Assembly (NCBI GenBank): GCA_051294375.1
Contig: CM119263.1
Span: forward strand, 9,354,432-9,418,431
Length of the DNA: 64,000 nucleotides
Direction of reading: 5' to 3'
Origin: Paraspadella gotoi
Lineage: Eukaryota; Animalia; Chaetognatha
The notes under the pieces are model-generated. The model worked only from the letters and a program-made list of their open reading frames with translations, made no database searches and was not told where the DNA came from. Within the stretch, counting starts at the first letter, position 1. Each line of letters opens with the position of its first letter. The position numbers were made by a program, and so were the translations under genes. Shown here one piece after another: positions 30,938 to 45,130 of this stretch.

Positions 30938-31382
30938 GCAACTGACCAAAAGCTTCGGTTTTGTTTTTACCTCATCGTCTTTATCCTAATCGTCGTCGTA
31001 CTCATCGTCGTCCTCGGATCTTCGCCTTCGTCCTCGTTGCTGTCATCTTATTTCGTCTTATTTATTAGCGTCGAGCGGCCGACGGTCATCGACTCTCTCG
31101 ATGACAACTTCGTCGTTGTCCTCATCAGCGACGTCATGTTTTTCCTTTTTAATTTTGTAGTAACGCGCGTCGACATTCCCTCCGTAAAATAAAAAAAAAT
31201 CATGGATTAGTTTTAAATTGTAACGAGAAAAGTAAAAAACCAAAAATAATAATCATTCGTTAAAAAGCAAAAAAAACTTTTATTCAATTCTCTATTCTAA
31301 TATAAGCTTCGTAGAGAGAGAGAGATTGAGATATGGTTCCATGGTGCCAGAGAGCCGCTGCGGTTTTTGCGATTTTTGCTAT

Positions 31383-31440
<58 letters not shown>

Positions 31441-31517
31441 CTTGTGTTTTTTTCGGGCACCTGAACGACACAAGAAAAGAGATGAAAGAAATAGAGAGAG
31501 AGAGAGGGAGAGAGAGA

Positions 31518-31542
31518 NNNNNNNNNNNNNNNNNNNNNNNNN
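31518..31542. other. assembly gap (25 N)
   Basis: N run. Confidence 1.
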
Positions 31543-31957
31543 TCGTGGAACGACAAGGTCGAATCGTCCCTCCACGATTCAAAGAAGGTTCGTGGCTGAC
31601 TCTAAATTGCCTCTCTATACCTCTGTGAACCAGTTCGGGTCACGGATCAGCACGGACAGTTCTGACTCTTCTAAATGCTATGGCCAGTGTTCGCGTAAAA
31701 TCTGTGTTCACCGATTGCGGACAGGATAGTGTCCACGGGCCATCACAGATAGGGCTTCGTGTGCTGTATGAAACGGTCTGTGCAGAGATCTTGGCCCTGT
31801 TCGGCCCCCACGTCATGCTGCTGTGCCAGAGCTGGTGCCCGCCCCTGCCACAGGCTGCCCCCAGTAGACAGCTCCCTGATGACATAATCACTATAAGTTA
31901 TTAAACTTATTTCTGTCTGTACATTGCACAATGTATCTATTTTGTACTCTCTCTGTT

Positions 31958-31990
<33 letters not shown>

Positions 31991-33919
31991 TCTTGCCACC
32001 AATTGACCATTTCACTTCTTTTCACAACTGATTATGTCCTCAACCTTAAAACTGTACTCATTCTTTCAACCATAAACAACCACAAACAACCTCTCTGCTT
32101 GGAACCTTTTTGCCCTCTCTCTCTGCTCTTCCTCTCTCTCTCTCTCTTCTATTGCAACAAAATTTGTGAAATGCTTCACTACACGACCTGTCATGACAGG
32201 CTGAAATGATAGCAGTCGAAAGCATGTCACGTACACAATAAAAAATCGCTTGATGAAATTATTTCAAACTCTTGCTTAAATCTTTTTTCAAAAACAAATG
32301 ACCTGTTTAAATTAATTATAACATAAAATAATATTATCTTATAATAAGTATCATGAAAGAGCTCGAGAAAAAAACAAGATTTAAGAATAGCACCAATCAT
32401 TAATTTGACTAAAATCAAATTAAATCTTACTCATAACCAGCACTAGTGATTTTTAAAAGAATATGTCTGTTTTGGACATATTCCTAATTAAATTAAAGTC
32501 TGCTAGGCCAGCTTAATTTATATACGACTAGAATTCGCTAAGACGTCATTCTCTTTAGATTTAAAAGGGCTTTCAAAAAATAATAATATCGTCCAGCGTC
32601 AATCGCACTCCTTTCGATCTCTCTCCTCTCTCTTCCCCGCAGATCATCCCTCTTCTTCTCTCTCTCTACCTGCAACGACAGAGCGCAAAGAGCGGGCGAT
32701 AAGAGAGACGGCGAAACGAGAACATGCCGCTCAAAGGGCGGCCGAGCTCATGGCGACAGGGTGATGTTTTGATGCTTTTGCATAAGCCTCGGCACCCGAT
32801 GAGTTGAACTTGATATAATCTAATTTTCTTCTTTACCAAATTTTTTACTGTGAATAAATGTAAAATGAATGCCGTGACTCTATAAACATCTCGAGATTTA
32901 TTTGCCACTTTTTTAAATTAGCCAACCCGCGCCAAAAAAACGAAAACATACTGAAAAGTAGAAACAAAAGGCTTAAAGCCATAAGGGAATCAGCCCTACT
33001 TTTGTATGATTAACACAATATGATGCGATTGATAACCAAAATTGATGCGATGATAACCGAAGGAATTGAATCGATGATAACTGTTACCACGAAAATAACT
33101 TCTCTAAATGATTCGAGGAAATCCAGCTTCATCTACCTTTTTCCCCGTTGCCCTCTTTATTACTGACATCGAAAAATGCCACCGTTCAAGCAGAACTCGC
33201 CAGCGCACTCTCTTAGGCACCTCCTTTCTTTGTTTTTATACTTTAGTACAGAATTCCGAAGGCAGTGTACAGCCTTGATTCTGATTGGTGCCCGCCTGGA
33301 TTTCGCATAGATTTGATTAAGATTCTGATCTTGATTCTATCCCGTGGATCTTCAGATCTCAAAGTTGTCCTGGCTGTTTTTTGTTCTTTCATGAGCATTA
33401 GAAACTCTTAGTCAGTATCTCGGAATCTATATTTGGACTGTGCATCGCTGGCTTTGGTGGACTTTCTATGAATGAGAAGCATTCTCTTTTGGTTATATTG
33501 CCTCAGATAACAAGTAAGAAAGACTCTTTAATTATCTAGATATATCTGACTGAGTTTGTACTAAAGTTTTGTTATCCTGCCCAGACTTCTAACTTACAAC
33601 AACGTTAACTCTACAGACTTAGTCAACAACTTCTACAGACTACTACTTTCTACAAAGACTACTTCTTCTAAGACTACAGACTTCGTTCAAGTCTGGCCTT
33701 AGCTGGACAGTCTTCATTATCGCCTTAGCCGACGTCGATCTCAACTGACTTGTCGTCAGCATCCTCCAGGGCGATCCTGGACCGAGCCATTCGTCTCTTC
33801 TGCCGCCAATTTTATACACCGTTCCATCGTGGTCTTCAATGTGCCAGAATTTTAGTCCAGTCAGTTAGAATTCAAAGACGGCGCCACTTCTCCGAACTTT
33901 AGCAATACAAATAACCAAA

Positions 33920-34100
33920 TGATGATGAGATGATAGTCATCATTGATTTGCGATGAATAATCATTCATTGATGCGATGATAGTCCTTCATTGATGCGCGA
34001 CTGATAATCATTCAATTTGATGCATGATAGTCATTCCATTGATTGCGCATGAATATCATTTCATTGAGCGAAATGCTAGTCATTCTTGACAGTGATGAGG
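33920..34100 (+). repeat. degenerate ~21-bp tandem repeat (GATGCGATGATAGTCATTCATT-like)
   Basis: Visible but noisy periodicity. Confidence 0.7.
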
Positions 34101-35699
34101 TTAATTAGAGAGAGAGAAAAAAGAGAGAGAGAGGGAGCGATGAGAGAGCGACCCATAGCAGTGTTGATTGAGAGAGAAACTATAGATGAGAATAATAAAA
34201 TAATAATAAAAGCTTTTTAGAAGGAAAAAAATAAAAAATCCGTCACGAACAATTCGGCAAATAAATTCTCGCGATTTTGTATTACAGAAAAAAAGTGGCG
34301 CGTTAAATAAAAATTGTTTTATTAGAGCATCAATTACTTTCAATTTTTTTTTTTTCACTGAAATAAGACTGAAGCTTTTTGTCACTAGTTCAAAATGACG
34401 TTTGAAAACCTTATTTTTTGGCATATTTATTGCAAATAATGGATTGATATGGATTGTATGAAATGAAACCGTCAGCCTTATAAACGGCTAAACATTTTCA
34501 ATCAATAACGGGTCAAAAAATATATTCTCTATTAACAACAATATATATAGTTGAACATACTCAGTTAACGACTATGATATTTTTGAAATTTCCAAATATT
34601 TTTTTACTTATCAAAAAAATATTCTATTTCCGTCATTTTAAAAAAATTTGCTAATCTTGCATGAAATTTATAGATTGCTTCTCTTATTAAGGAAGATTAT
34701 TGCCTACCTCTCACATTAGCAGAACTCATGCTGACATTGCCATGGCATCAATATAAAGTATTATTCACTTTTTAGTCGCATCTGCCTTATCAGCAGATCC
34801 CAGACTCATAACTCACTTTTCGGTCCGTCGCCGCTCCGCTCCCCTCAATATGTCGGGCAACACACTTCACATATATCTAAAAGTCGAACATCGAATATAT
34901 GATAAATTAATGCAAACAAACAAACGATTATCGTCCCTACCGTCCGTCCGCCGTCCGTCCATCCCCTCCGTCCGTCCGTCCAACACACTCTAGTCAAAAA
35001 ACCTCCCACAATACTCGTGATGGATGGACGATTGGTATTGCAAAATTTGTGAGTGTGGAGGTAGGAAACAGTCACCCGCACCACAATGAATAGACTCTGA
35101 GCATGGCATAATAGAAAGTTTTGAGGGAATCGTCAGCGATAGAGTGGAAAATCTGGCATTAAATGGCACAAAAAACAAAAAAACATCTAACCAATATTAT
35201 CACTACTTTGAACGCCAATTCTCATAATGGATCAGGGCAACTTGACTTGAAATATTTGATCATGCATGCGCTTAGGGAAGTGGTGAGATTGGAAACTGAC
35301 GATAATAACACGTATTCAATGAGCCACGCAATCACAGAGTGGCGCCAGTGGAACATGACGTATAAAATGGAAAAAAAACAAAAAGTCACAAAAACATATT
35401 TAAAACTTTAAGAAATAAAGGTTCTCAGATTACCTTAAACTCTTACTCATACATTATCTACAAGTTTATTAAAAATTGAACGATAGCATAAATCGAACAT
35501 GGAATTTTGTGTGTGCCACGGCTAGGAACAGTATGTGATAAAGCCTGCCACGACATTATAATTTTTTTCGATGGCATAACGTAGGCAGTGGTAAAAGAGT
35601 TTCAAAATTAGAAAACCAAAAGACACCATTTATAGTTGAATTTTTTTAAAGTTTCTTCTCTCTCTCTCTCTCTGATTGAAGTTGATTGATTGATAGATT

Positions 35700-36310
35700 G
35701 ATTGACCAATTTCGCCAATTGACAAAAATATGCATTGACCAAATCTTAAGCTTCACCAAATACCCCCGACTAGCCAGTTGACAAATTTCTGCAATGTTGC
35801 ATCAAGTTTGCCAAGCCTTGACCAAATCTAAATGACCGTTGACCAAATTACTGCCTGTTGACCAAATCTATGACCCAGTCTTGACCAAAAAAAAAAAAGG
35901 TGCGTTATGCCAGCTTGACAAATTTATGCTAGTGACCAAATCTAGGCAAGCTGATAAAATCCTATGCCAGACTTGCACCCAAATTATGACCATTGAGGGG
36001 TACTCCAAATATATCCTAAATAATGATCATCCAAAATCAGACAATATGTCAGAAAATGACAACCCAATACAGTCGCACACAACCACCCCTACACACCCCG
36101 ACCAAATTATGTCAGTTACCACAATTATGTCACGATGCCAAAATTTATGTCAGCTTAGACCAAATATATGATCAGCATTGACCAAATTAATGTCAGTAAC
36201 AATTATGTCAGTGACCACATTATGTCACGTACCCAAAATTATGTCAGTGACAATTATAGTCAGTATGACCAAATTTATGCAAGTTGATAATTATGCCAAG
36301 AATGAACAAG
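35700..36310 (+). repeat. degenerate ~19-bp tandem repeat (TTGACCAAATTATGTCAG-like)
   Basis: Recurring GACCAAA...TATGTCAG over ~600 bp. Confidence 0.75.
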
Positions 36311-39300
36311 TATGCTATCAAAATCACCAGTACTAATTTCGATGACCTGCGATTTGTCTATGCGCTGGAGTAAAAGCATCGTGTGATTAACAGCGACAAC
36401 CAAGTTTCGATGACATCTTTTGACGTGTGAAATGCAGTTTAAATGGAAAAAACAAAAAAACCTGTTCACTAATTGATTATGATTCTTTTTCCCTTTTATA
36501 ATTAAAGTATATGCAGGATTGTATTAATAAATCAAATATTAATCTTAATTAATCAATTAGTTAACTTAATCCTTAATCAATAATTATTAATCAGTCAATC
36601 AATCGTTATCCGTCCACCACTTTAGCAAAAAGCTTCCAATAATCGCTGATTGATCGTTGGATTGCGAAAGAATTTTGGTGTGTGGTTAGGAAAGTGTGTG
36701 ATAAGCTGGATATTAAAGTTTCGAACGGAATATGTGAGTTTAAAGAGGAAAAAACAATAAGTCGCCTTTACTAAAATATTATATTTTAACCATTACAGCT
36801 ACTCTATTAATCATAATGGATGGATAGATTGAGCTTCAAATTTGGTAGCGGTAGAAAAATGGACGATGCTTGATATAAAGTTCGGTGAAACGTACGAGTG
36901 GAAATGAGTTTAAATGAAAAAAATATGAGCTCACATTTACTTGATCTACGATTAACCCATAAGTAGATGAGATGAATGCGAGGAGGCGGGCTAGGAAGTG
37001 TGTGTTGACAAAGAAGCCTAGATATAAAGTATTTGACGGAATTGTGCCCAGTGGAAATGAGTTTAAATGCGAAAAAAACTAAGTAAATTTACTGAATCTT
37101 TATTATTATGAGAGAGAGAGAGGAGAAGAGAGAGAGAGAAAGAGAGCCAGAAAAATTGAGCATAGGATCTACGCCATTGCAAGAAGAGGAAGAGAGCAGA
37201 AAAACATGACGATTCATAAAGGATCGTTGCAATTGCAAAGAGAGAGAGAGAGAGCAGAGAGAGAAAGAAAGAGAGAGAGCTCCGAAAATAATGTCCGAAG
37301 CTAATTACTGTATAATCAACCAAATGTAGAAGCAATTGAGATACAAACGCGCATTAAAATTGAACCGGCATTGAAGGCAGTTGAACGGCATTTGAACGAC
37401 AAGAAACGCCATGGACAGGCAGTTGAAACGCTGGACATAAAAAGATAATATAAACGAATTAAAAAACCATCTTAATATTAAAATTAAATCAGCCTAAAGC
37501 AAACATTTAACAACCTGCCTTTCACGCTCGGAAAGCTTGAGACACTACTAATATAATTCTTACTTGTCTCCACAAAGCGAAGTTTCTTCACTATTTTGAT
37601 ATATAGTAAACGTTTTAGGCACCAAAAAGGCCACCGATTTTTTGGGAAACTGAAACACGCCGAAATATTATAACAGAGTTACTGTAAGAGCATTAAGGAA
37701 GTTAAATGAAAGAGTAAGTACTACAATTTTCAATTTTGACGAAATAAATTGGTTAAAATAGAAAAAACCTTAAAAAATTATCATCTTCATCATTATTGGC
37801 TGAATTTATAGTTTTTTAAATTTTCATAAATAAAACCAAAAATTTTTTAAAAGTGTATTTAATAACCTGTTATCTAACTTTTAAAGCCTCTATCAATCTA
37901 TTAACAAATTTAAATTTAACAAAATTTTAAAAATTAAATTTCATTTCATAATTATTAATAGTCGCTTAACATTAACCATTAACCATTTGAGAGAACTTCA
38001 AGTTTTCAACCTGTTCCGGCTCTAAATATCTAGTTAAGGCGGCCAAAATTGAACACGTTTTCAACTCCTAGTTCTCTTAAATTTTTTTCCTATTTACTAT
38101 AAATCGTTTCAATGCCTAACTTTTTGAATTAGTTCAATTGGAGTGTTTCACTGAAGCTTTTAAATATTTATTGAATCTATATAATAAATAATAGTATATA
38201 AAGTTGACGAATTTGCCAGTGGAAATGAGTTTAGATGCGAAAAAACATAAGTCACAAATATACTTGAATCTTTAATATTACATGTACTAATAATGTTTTA
38301 TTAATTATAGTTAATTAATTTATTAATTAATGTGAAAAAATGATGCAATCAGGTTAAAAAAATCTTAAAAGCATAAAGAGGCGTACCCGCAATTGCATAA
38401 AAGAGAGAGAGAGTGAGAGCGGAGAGACAAGGAGACATAAAATTTAAAATAAGATATTTGTTCTGTTTTGAAAACATGCAAACAAAAATATTTAATAACT
38501 GTCCCTAACCCAATTTAAGGACATCCGATGATGATTAAAGTTGAATATAATTTAAAATTAATCATTACATATTAAATTAATTAATAATTAACTCATTAAT
38601 TAATAATTTAATTATCGTAGGCAGATCCGACATTGTATTGTCAAACTGTTCTCAAATTAATCACGAAAATCTCGCGATGCTAAATTTGGGATTTTGTATC
38701 GAGATAAATGCGATAATAAAAGTTTTTATAAGGTGAAAAAATAATCATAATTTTTTTAAAAAACGCAACGATCACGCCAAAGACAAAGAGAGAAAGAAGA
38801 CAGAAATGAGAGAGAGAGAGAGAAAAGCTGAACAGACGCCTGCAGAGGCGCGAACTCGTTACTCGTTTAACTCGTCGCCAAAGTGACGGTGGCTGAAAAA
38901 AAAGTGACTAAAAAAAAAAATAGGAGAGAGAGTAAGGGAGAGAGAAGAGAGAGAGAAAGAGAACACCGACGAGAAAGACTTTAGAGAGAGAGGAGAAAGT
39001 CATGTCCAATGAACAGACGCTGCCCAGAGGCGGAACACGTGATAAGTTATTCTTCACTCTTTTTCTAAAATGGTATCCAGGCGGGGGGGAAAAATCTTTC
39101 GGATGCTAAATTTAGTGATTGTATTGAAAAAAAAGCCGGATAAATGGCCCGATAAATAAAAGTTTTTAGAAGCGAAAAATAATCAGAATTTTTTTCAAAA
39201 AATAACGCAACGAGATGCAGGGCATGAGATCGTTACAGAGAAAAAGAGAGAAAGAGTAGCAAAGCTTTTTTTTTTTTTTTTTTTAAAAAAGAAAAATTAT

Positions 39301-41829
39301 ATATATAGTTTTTTTTTTATTTTTTTTTTTAAAAGAAAAAAAGTAATATAAAATAATTTAAAGAAATAAAAGAAAGGCAAAAATACATACAATTTTGTTT
39401 ACCAATTTGATTTTTCCAATTTTTCCAATCGCGCTTGTAAAAGATTTAATATTTTATTTGTAATTAAATAAGATAAGCATTTATCATTTAAAAAAATCCT
39501 TTGAGCTTCCCATTATTAAAATTTTATAAACAAATTATTGCAATTTCATTCTCAAATATTAATACCTGCAATATGCGAAATTAGATTAAAGATCTTTTAT
39601 ATATCTAATTGAAAGAAATTTAAAGTATAATGAGTACTTTAATCTCATTGCATATGCAGTAATCATAATGAAGTGGAAATTTCAACAAAAAATACTAAAT
39701 CCAAATGTAATATGCAAAATATACACAGCTATATATCAAGAATGAAAAGACCATATCTAAATTTTAACTTACTATGATTCGCACACTTTTGTAAAACTTT
39801 ATCTAATTCATAAGTAAGTTATTTTTAAAAAAAAAATGCTTAAGCCAGCCAAACCTTTTTAAAAAGCGTCAGTGTGTTTAATATGAAAAACAGCAAAGTG
39901 ACGACGACGACGACGACGACGAACGTCACAAAGAAGCAACCCTAAAACATATATAGGCCTGACCCGGGCTTCGCCGGTAAGGCTCCATAAAATTTAAATC
40001 TAAAAAAAGTGAGTTTAAAAATTAGAGACGAGTTCAAATCATCTTCGCTGCTACTTAATTGCCGGTGCATGGGCCATATCAAAGTCGATTACTGATAAAT
40101 TTGCAATTATGATAAAATTGCATGTATAAATGTTTGGGTTTTACTTTAAAATCATATTAACTATTGAAAAAAATATTCATGGGCTTTGAATATGACAGTG
40201 TTCTACCGCGCCTTGCTAAAATTGTCCCATGTATTAATTATCATTAATTTATTAAGAACATGCTATTTACCCTAGATGAGTCAAGTTTATTGCCATAGAT
40301 TTATATTTTTAATATCATACTAAAACTAAAGAACTTTAAAAGTTGGATCGGAGAGAAGCTCGACTCACTCCATATTCTACTACAATACAATATATTTCAC
40401 ATTAGCGTTATCGTCCCAGCCTTCCTTACGGTTACTCAAAATATCAAAACCAAAACGATAACGTCCGTACCAACTCATTCCTTCTCCCAACCCGACTTTC
40501 TTTCGCTCTGCTTTCCCTTTCCATCCCCCCCTCTCTACTACTACCCCCTCTTGCGACACCCCAACAATCTATTTAGTCGGTCTGCTTCAGCCACGATCCC
40601 GCACTCGCCTATTTCTTCACTTTGTTGGTCCTCCCGGTCGCCCCGCTCCCCATCAATCTTGTCCGGCCCCTAGATCACTTCTATCATCTGCTCAAAACAA
40701 AACCCCCCACCCGCACCACCTCCCTAATAACAACTATGCCAAACAAGAAAACCAAAACCGATGTCCGTCCGCCCGTCCACCCTTAGTAAAAACCTCAACC
40801 TCCAATACACCGTACCTGCGATGCGTGCCGATTGCGACAATGATCAAATGTCTGGTGTGCTGCGCGACCCTCCCCATAGGACAGTGTGCTGATTCAAGCC
40901 CGGAGGCAGCTCATTCACGCTTTCGACACCCAAAGGTCCTGGGTCCCTAGCCCCCCACGTCCGGTCGATCGGTAGCAGTTAAGAAGGACGGGGACGCTTA
41001 ACCCTCCCTCTCACACTCATGCTACAGCCCCTCGATCCGCCAAGCCTCACGGGATGATCTTCCTCATATAGAACCCGGTGCTCCTGTCACCTAGACACCA
41101 TAACAAGTACACTCTACTGCTCTCTTCAAACGTTTATTTTCCTAACCAATAAAAACAAACATGATCAGGAACGCGAATGGCCCCCATAAGGCCGTTACTT
41201 ATTATAGCTTCTTGCGCTTCAATCCTTTCTCAATGTCACGCTCCCGGTTTCGCCTTTCTTAAATATTGGCGCTTCCACAGTGTTTGCTTCACTTCGGCGT
41301 CCTCCACATCTCTTCGGTAAATAGTTATAAAATTTTGACAGCTTTGGATGGTTGGGCCGACCACTAAAACGCTGACTGAGGAATATGGGTCAATGGAAAC
41401 CCTGACTATTACAACATCTGACGGAGAGCAGCACGTGGTCAACTGTGATGGCACACTTCAAGGAATGTACGATGACCCAACCTATCAATGGCGAAAAGAT
41501 GCAAGTTTGTGCTCTCATATCCATCACTCATGTCTCTCACATGCACAATAATTTAATTTGAGACCACAAACATCACCAGAGAGCGATCTGCACAGTTTCT
41601 ACACCAGCGTGTTACCGATTCACCGCCTCTTCGAAATGGAAACTGGCCAAACGCAGAAGGGAGCCACAATTTGACCTCCCAGCAGAACCACCACCATTTT
41701 TCAAAATGCTGATTGGTTTTCTCTTGGTCGAGCCTGGGCCATTTTTTAAAACCCCCAAACCCCGCCCCTCCGGGCCAAGAATCGTATAACATTGGGTAAG
41801 TTGTTAGAAGGAGGCAAACGGCGCTTTAC

Positions 41830-42890
<1,061 letters not shown>

Positions 42891-42922
42891 AGGAGGGATG
42901 AGAGAGGAGAGAGAGAGAAGAG

Positions 42923-42970
<48 letters not shown>

Positions 42971-44969
42971 GAGATGGAGAGGAGACCCTTTCACAGTCGC
43001 CAATCTCGTCACTTCCTTTCCTTTTTTTTGCTTTCTTTTCTCCCGACGACGGGGCTGGCAACCCCCCCCCGGGGGGCCGCCCGGTGATGCATGTGGCTGG
43101 GTGTGGGGTTGTGGGGGGAGAACCGAAGGGGGGAATGGAGAAAGTTAAGCCGACCTGCTTCAAGAAAATCTCATGAATGGAGGACAATGAATTGAAAAAA
43201 AAAAAAAAGATTCTAGCGAATTCAAGATTCCAAGTTTCTTGGGTGATTTTTTTTTCCTTCCTTTATCGCTTTTCAGTTTCTTCATTTTGCATTATATAGC
43301 CCATTGTTCATTCTCTTTTCATGCTTTTTATCTTTAATGAAAAATCTTTAAATCTTTTTTTTTTCATCACCACGGTTTTCTTGGGTTGTATTAGGCCGTT
43401 TTTTTTTAATTTTGCCATTCACTCCTCACTCCTCACTTTCTGGTTAAAATGTTCAAATCAGAGTTGTGTTGGTGCTTTGATAAACAGTTGGATGTTTCAG
43501 CCCATACCACTGTTCCAAGTTGACAATACCCGAGGTTGGGAGTCAAACCAAGGGGCGTGGCTAAGCACCATGAAAAGGGACAATTAGCTGATGAAAAGTG
43601 GCCACCGCATTGTTTCTTTAGGGCACGCTAATGAACAAAGCGCCGAGTCAGCGCTTGTATGCTGGATGGAATTTTTTAAACAAAAATTTTATAAAAAGAC
43701 TATTTTTTATATTGTTTAACGTCATTTTAAAACTATCAATGATAAAAAAAAAATCTTTGCAAGCCTCTGGAAGAATCAGCCGATATTTTCTCTGCCGCTT
43801 TTCTGCAGCGCTGACAGCTGTCAACTTTTTTCAATAAAAATCACTCAGTTGCACTACCATGTGAATATTTCTCAGCCAACATTTTTTAAAGAGTATATTA
43901 AATTTTTTATACTATTTATATATATTTTTATCTATAGTACAAACGTAATGTTAAGTTTAAATAGATAACAATGAAACCTGTGATATTTAACTATTTTTGT
44001 TGGGATTGTTGTCCTTCTCAATGCCGTTTTTTCCTGTAGTTCTAACTGAGTTCAGACTCAACTGCTATTTCTGGTTTCTCATGTATATTTAATATAATAT
44101 CATTTCCATATATAACAAAACTTTCAATAAATATTTTAAAAACAACTTTTTAACATTGAAAAAATGTTATTACTATTAACTAAGTTCTTGGGTATTTTTT
44201 AATAACTTTATTTGCAATATTAAAGAAAATCAAAACATTTAGAATCGGGGCACCCTTTTGTCTTTGGTTTTTTAGGGCCCATGGTCCTTTTTTAAAGATG
44301 TTATCTGATCAAATTCTTTTGTCTCTCTTGCACCTTTTGTTTTTGCCGCTTAAAAAATATTTTCTTTGAATTATCTTGCTTCTGTAATATGTTTTTGGCA
44401 TTTAGTTTTGATAATATACATGCTTATTTTTGAATATTCCAAGGTATTTTCGTTCGTCGGCGACTCTCTTTAGATGCATTAAAAAAGTTTTTTTTTAAAT
44501 TCCTGAGGCTCAACCCTAAAGAGAAACCTTTTTTTCTATTTTTATCAAAGCCGACCCAAGGGGCAAGTTTTTTTTTCTCCCCCTCAGTTCATTTTGAAAG
44601 GAAAAAAAGAGAAAAGGTTGAAGCTTTACATACATTTTTTTTCTCCCGTTTTTTTCCTGTTTTTTTTCTTTTGATGAGTTTTAGGGTTGAGAGCCGTGGA
44701 TCATGGTTTAGAAAGTTCCCAGGTCTGCAGCTAAGGCTTTGTTTGAATGTACTTTAAAACATTAGATGTGCCCATAAAGATAATTTGAACATGTAAAATT
44801 CACCCTCTCAAGTTTTTTTTTTAAGTATTTCACAAATAGGTACGTGATACACATAAAAAACACTTTACAAAATGGTCAGTAATTACAGTACTGAAATTTG
44901 AAAAAAAATTACATTTATTGTCCAGATCAACAAGTTGTAGTAAAAAGTAAAAAAAAACCAAAACCAAAT

Positions 44970-45130
44970 TCCCACGTCAGGCCTTTTCAGCGTATGGGAT
45001 TGGCTTTCGTTTAACGTATGGTTTTGATTGACAGCGGAGGCTGAGTATATCTTGCAGCGCTGGCACGGCAGTCTCTCGCTGCAGCCGCCTTCGTCCTCGC
45101 TGCTCTTTCTTTCTCGTCCTCAGTCGCGAA
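44970..45130 (+). promoter_or_regulatory. candidate Pol II promoter, possibly of the let-7-complex primary transcript
   Basis: Motif cluster: CACGTCA (44973), inverted CCAAT (ATTGG 44999-45003), TGATTGACAG Pbx/Meis-Prep decamer (45025-45034), TATA-like TATAT (45046), Inr-like GCAGTC (~45070) and TCAGTC (45120), then GC-rich sequence. Motif evidence only. Confidence 0.35.

Noticed and set aside
33150-33900. Possible LTR-like fragment (TATAAAA on the minus strand, internal short repeats)
   Set aside because: No second LTR, no clear TG...CA ends or PBS, no gag/pol remnants, and the sequence quality is poor.
35700-36310. Repeat array as a possible CRISPR
   Set aside because: Eukaryotic context, units are adjacent without unique spacers, and there are no cas genes.
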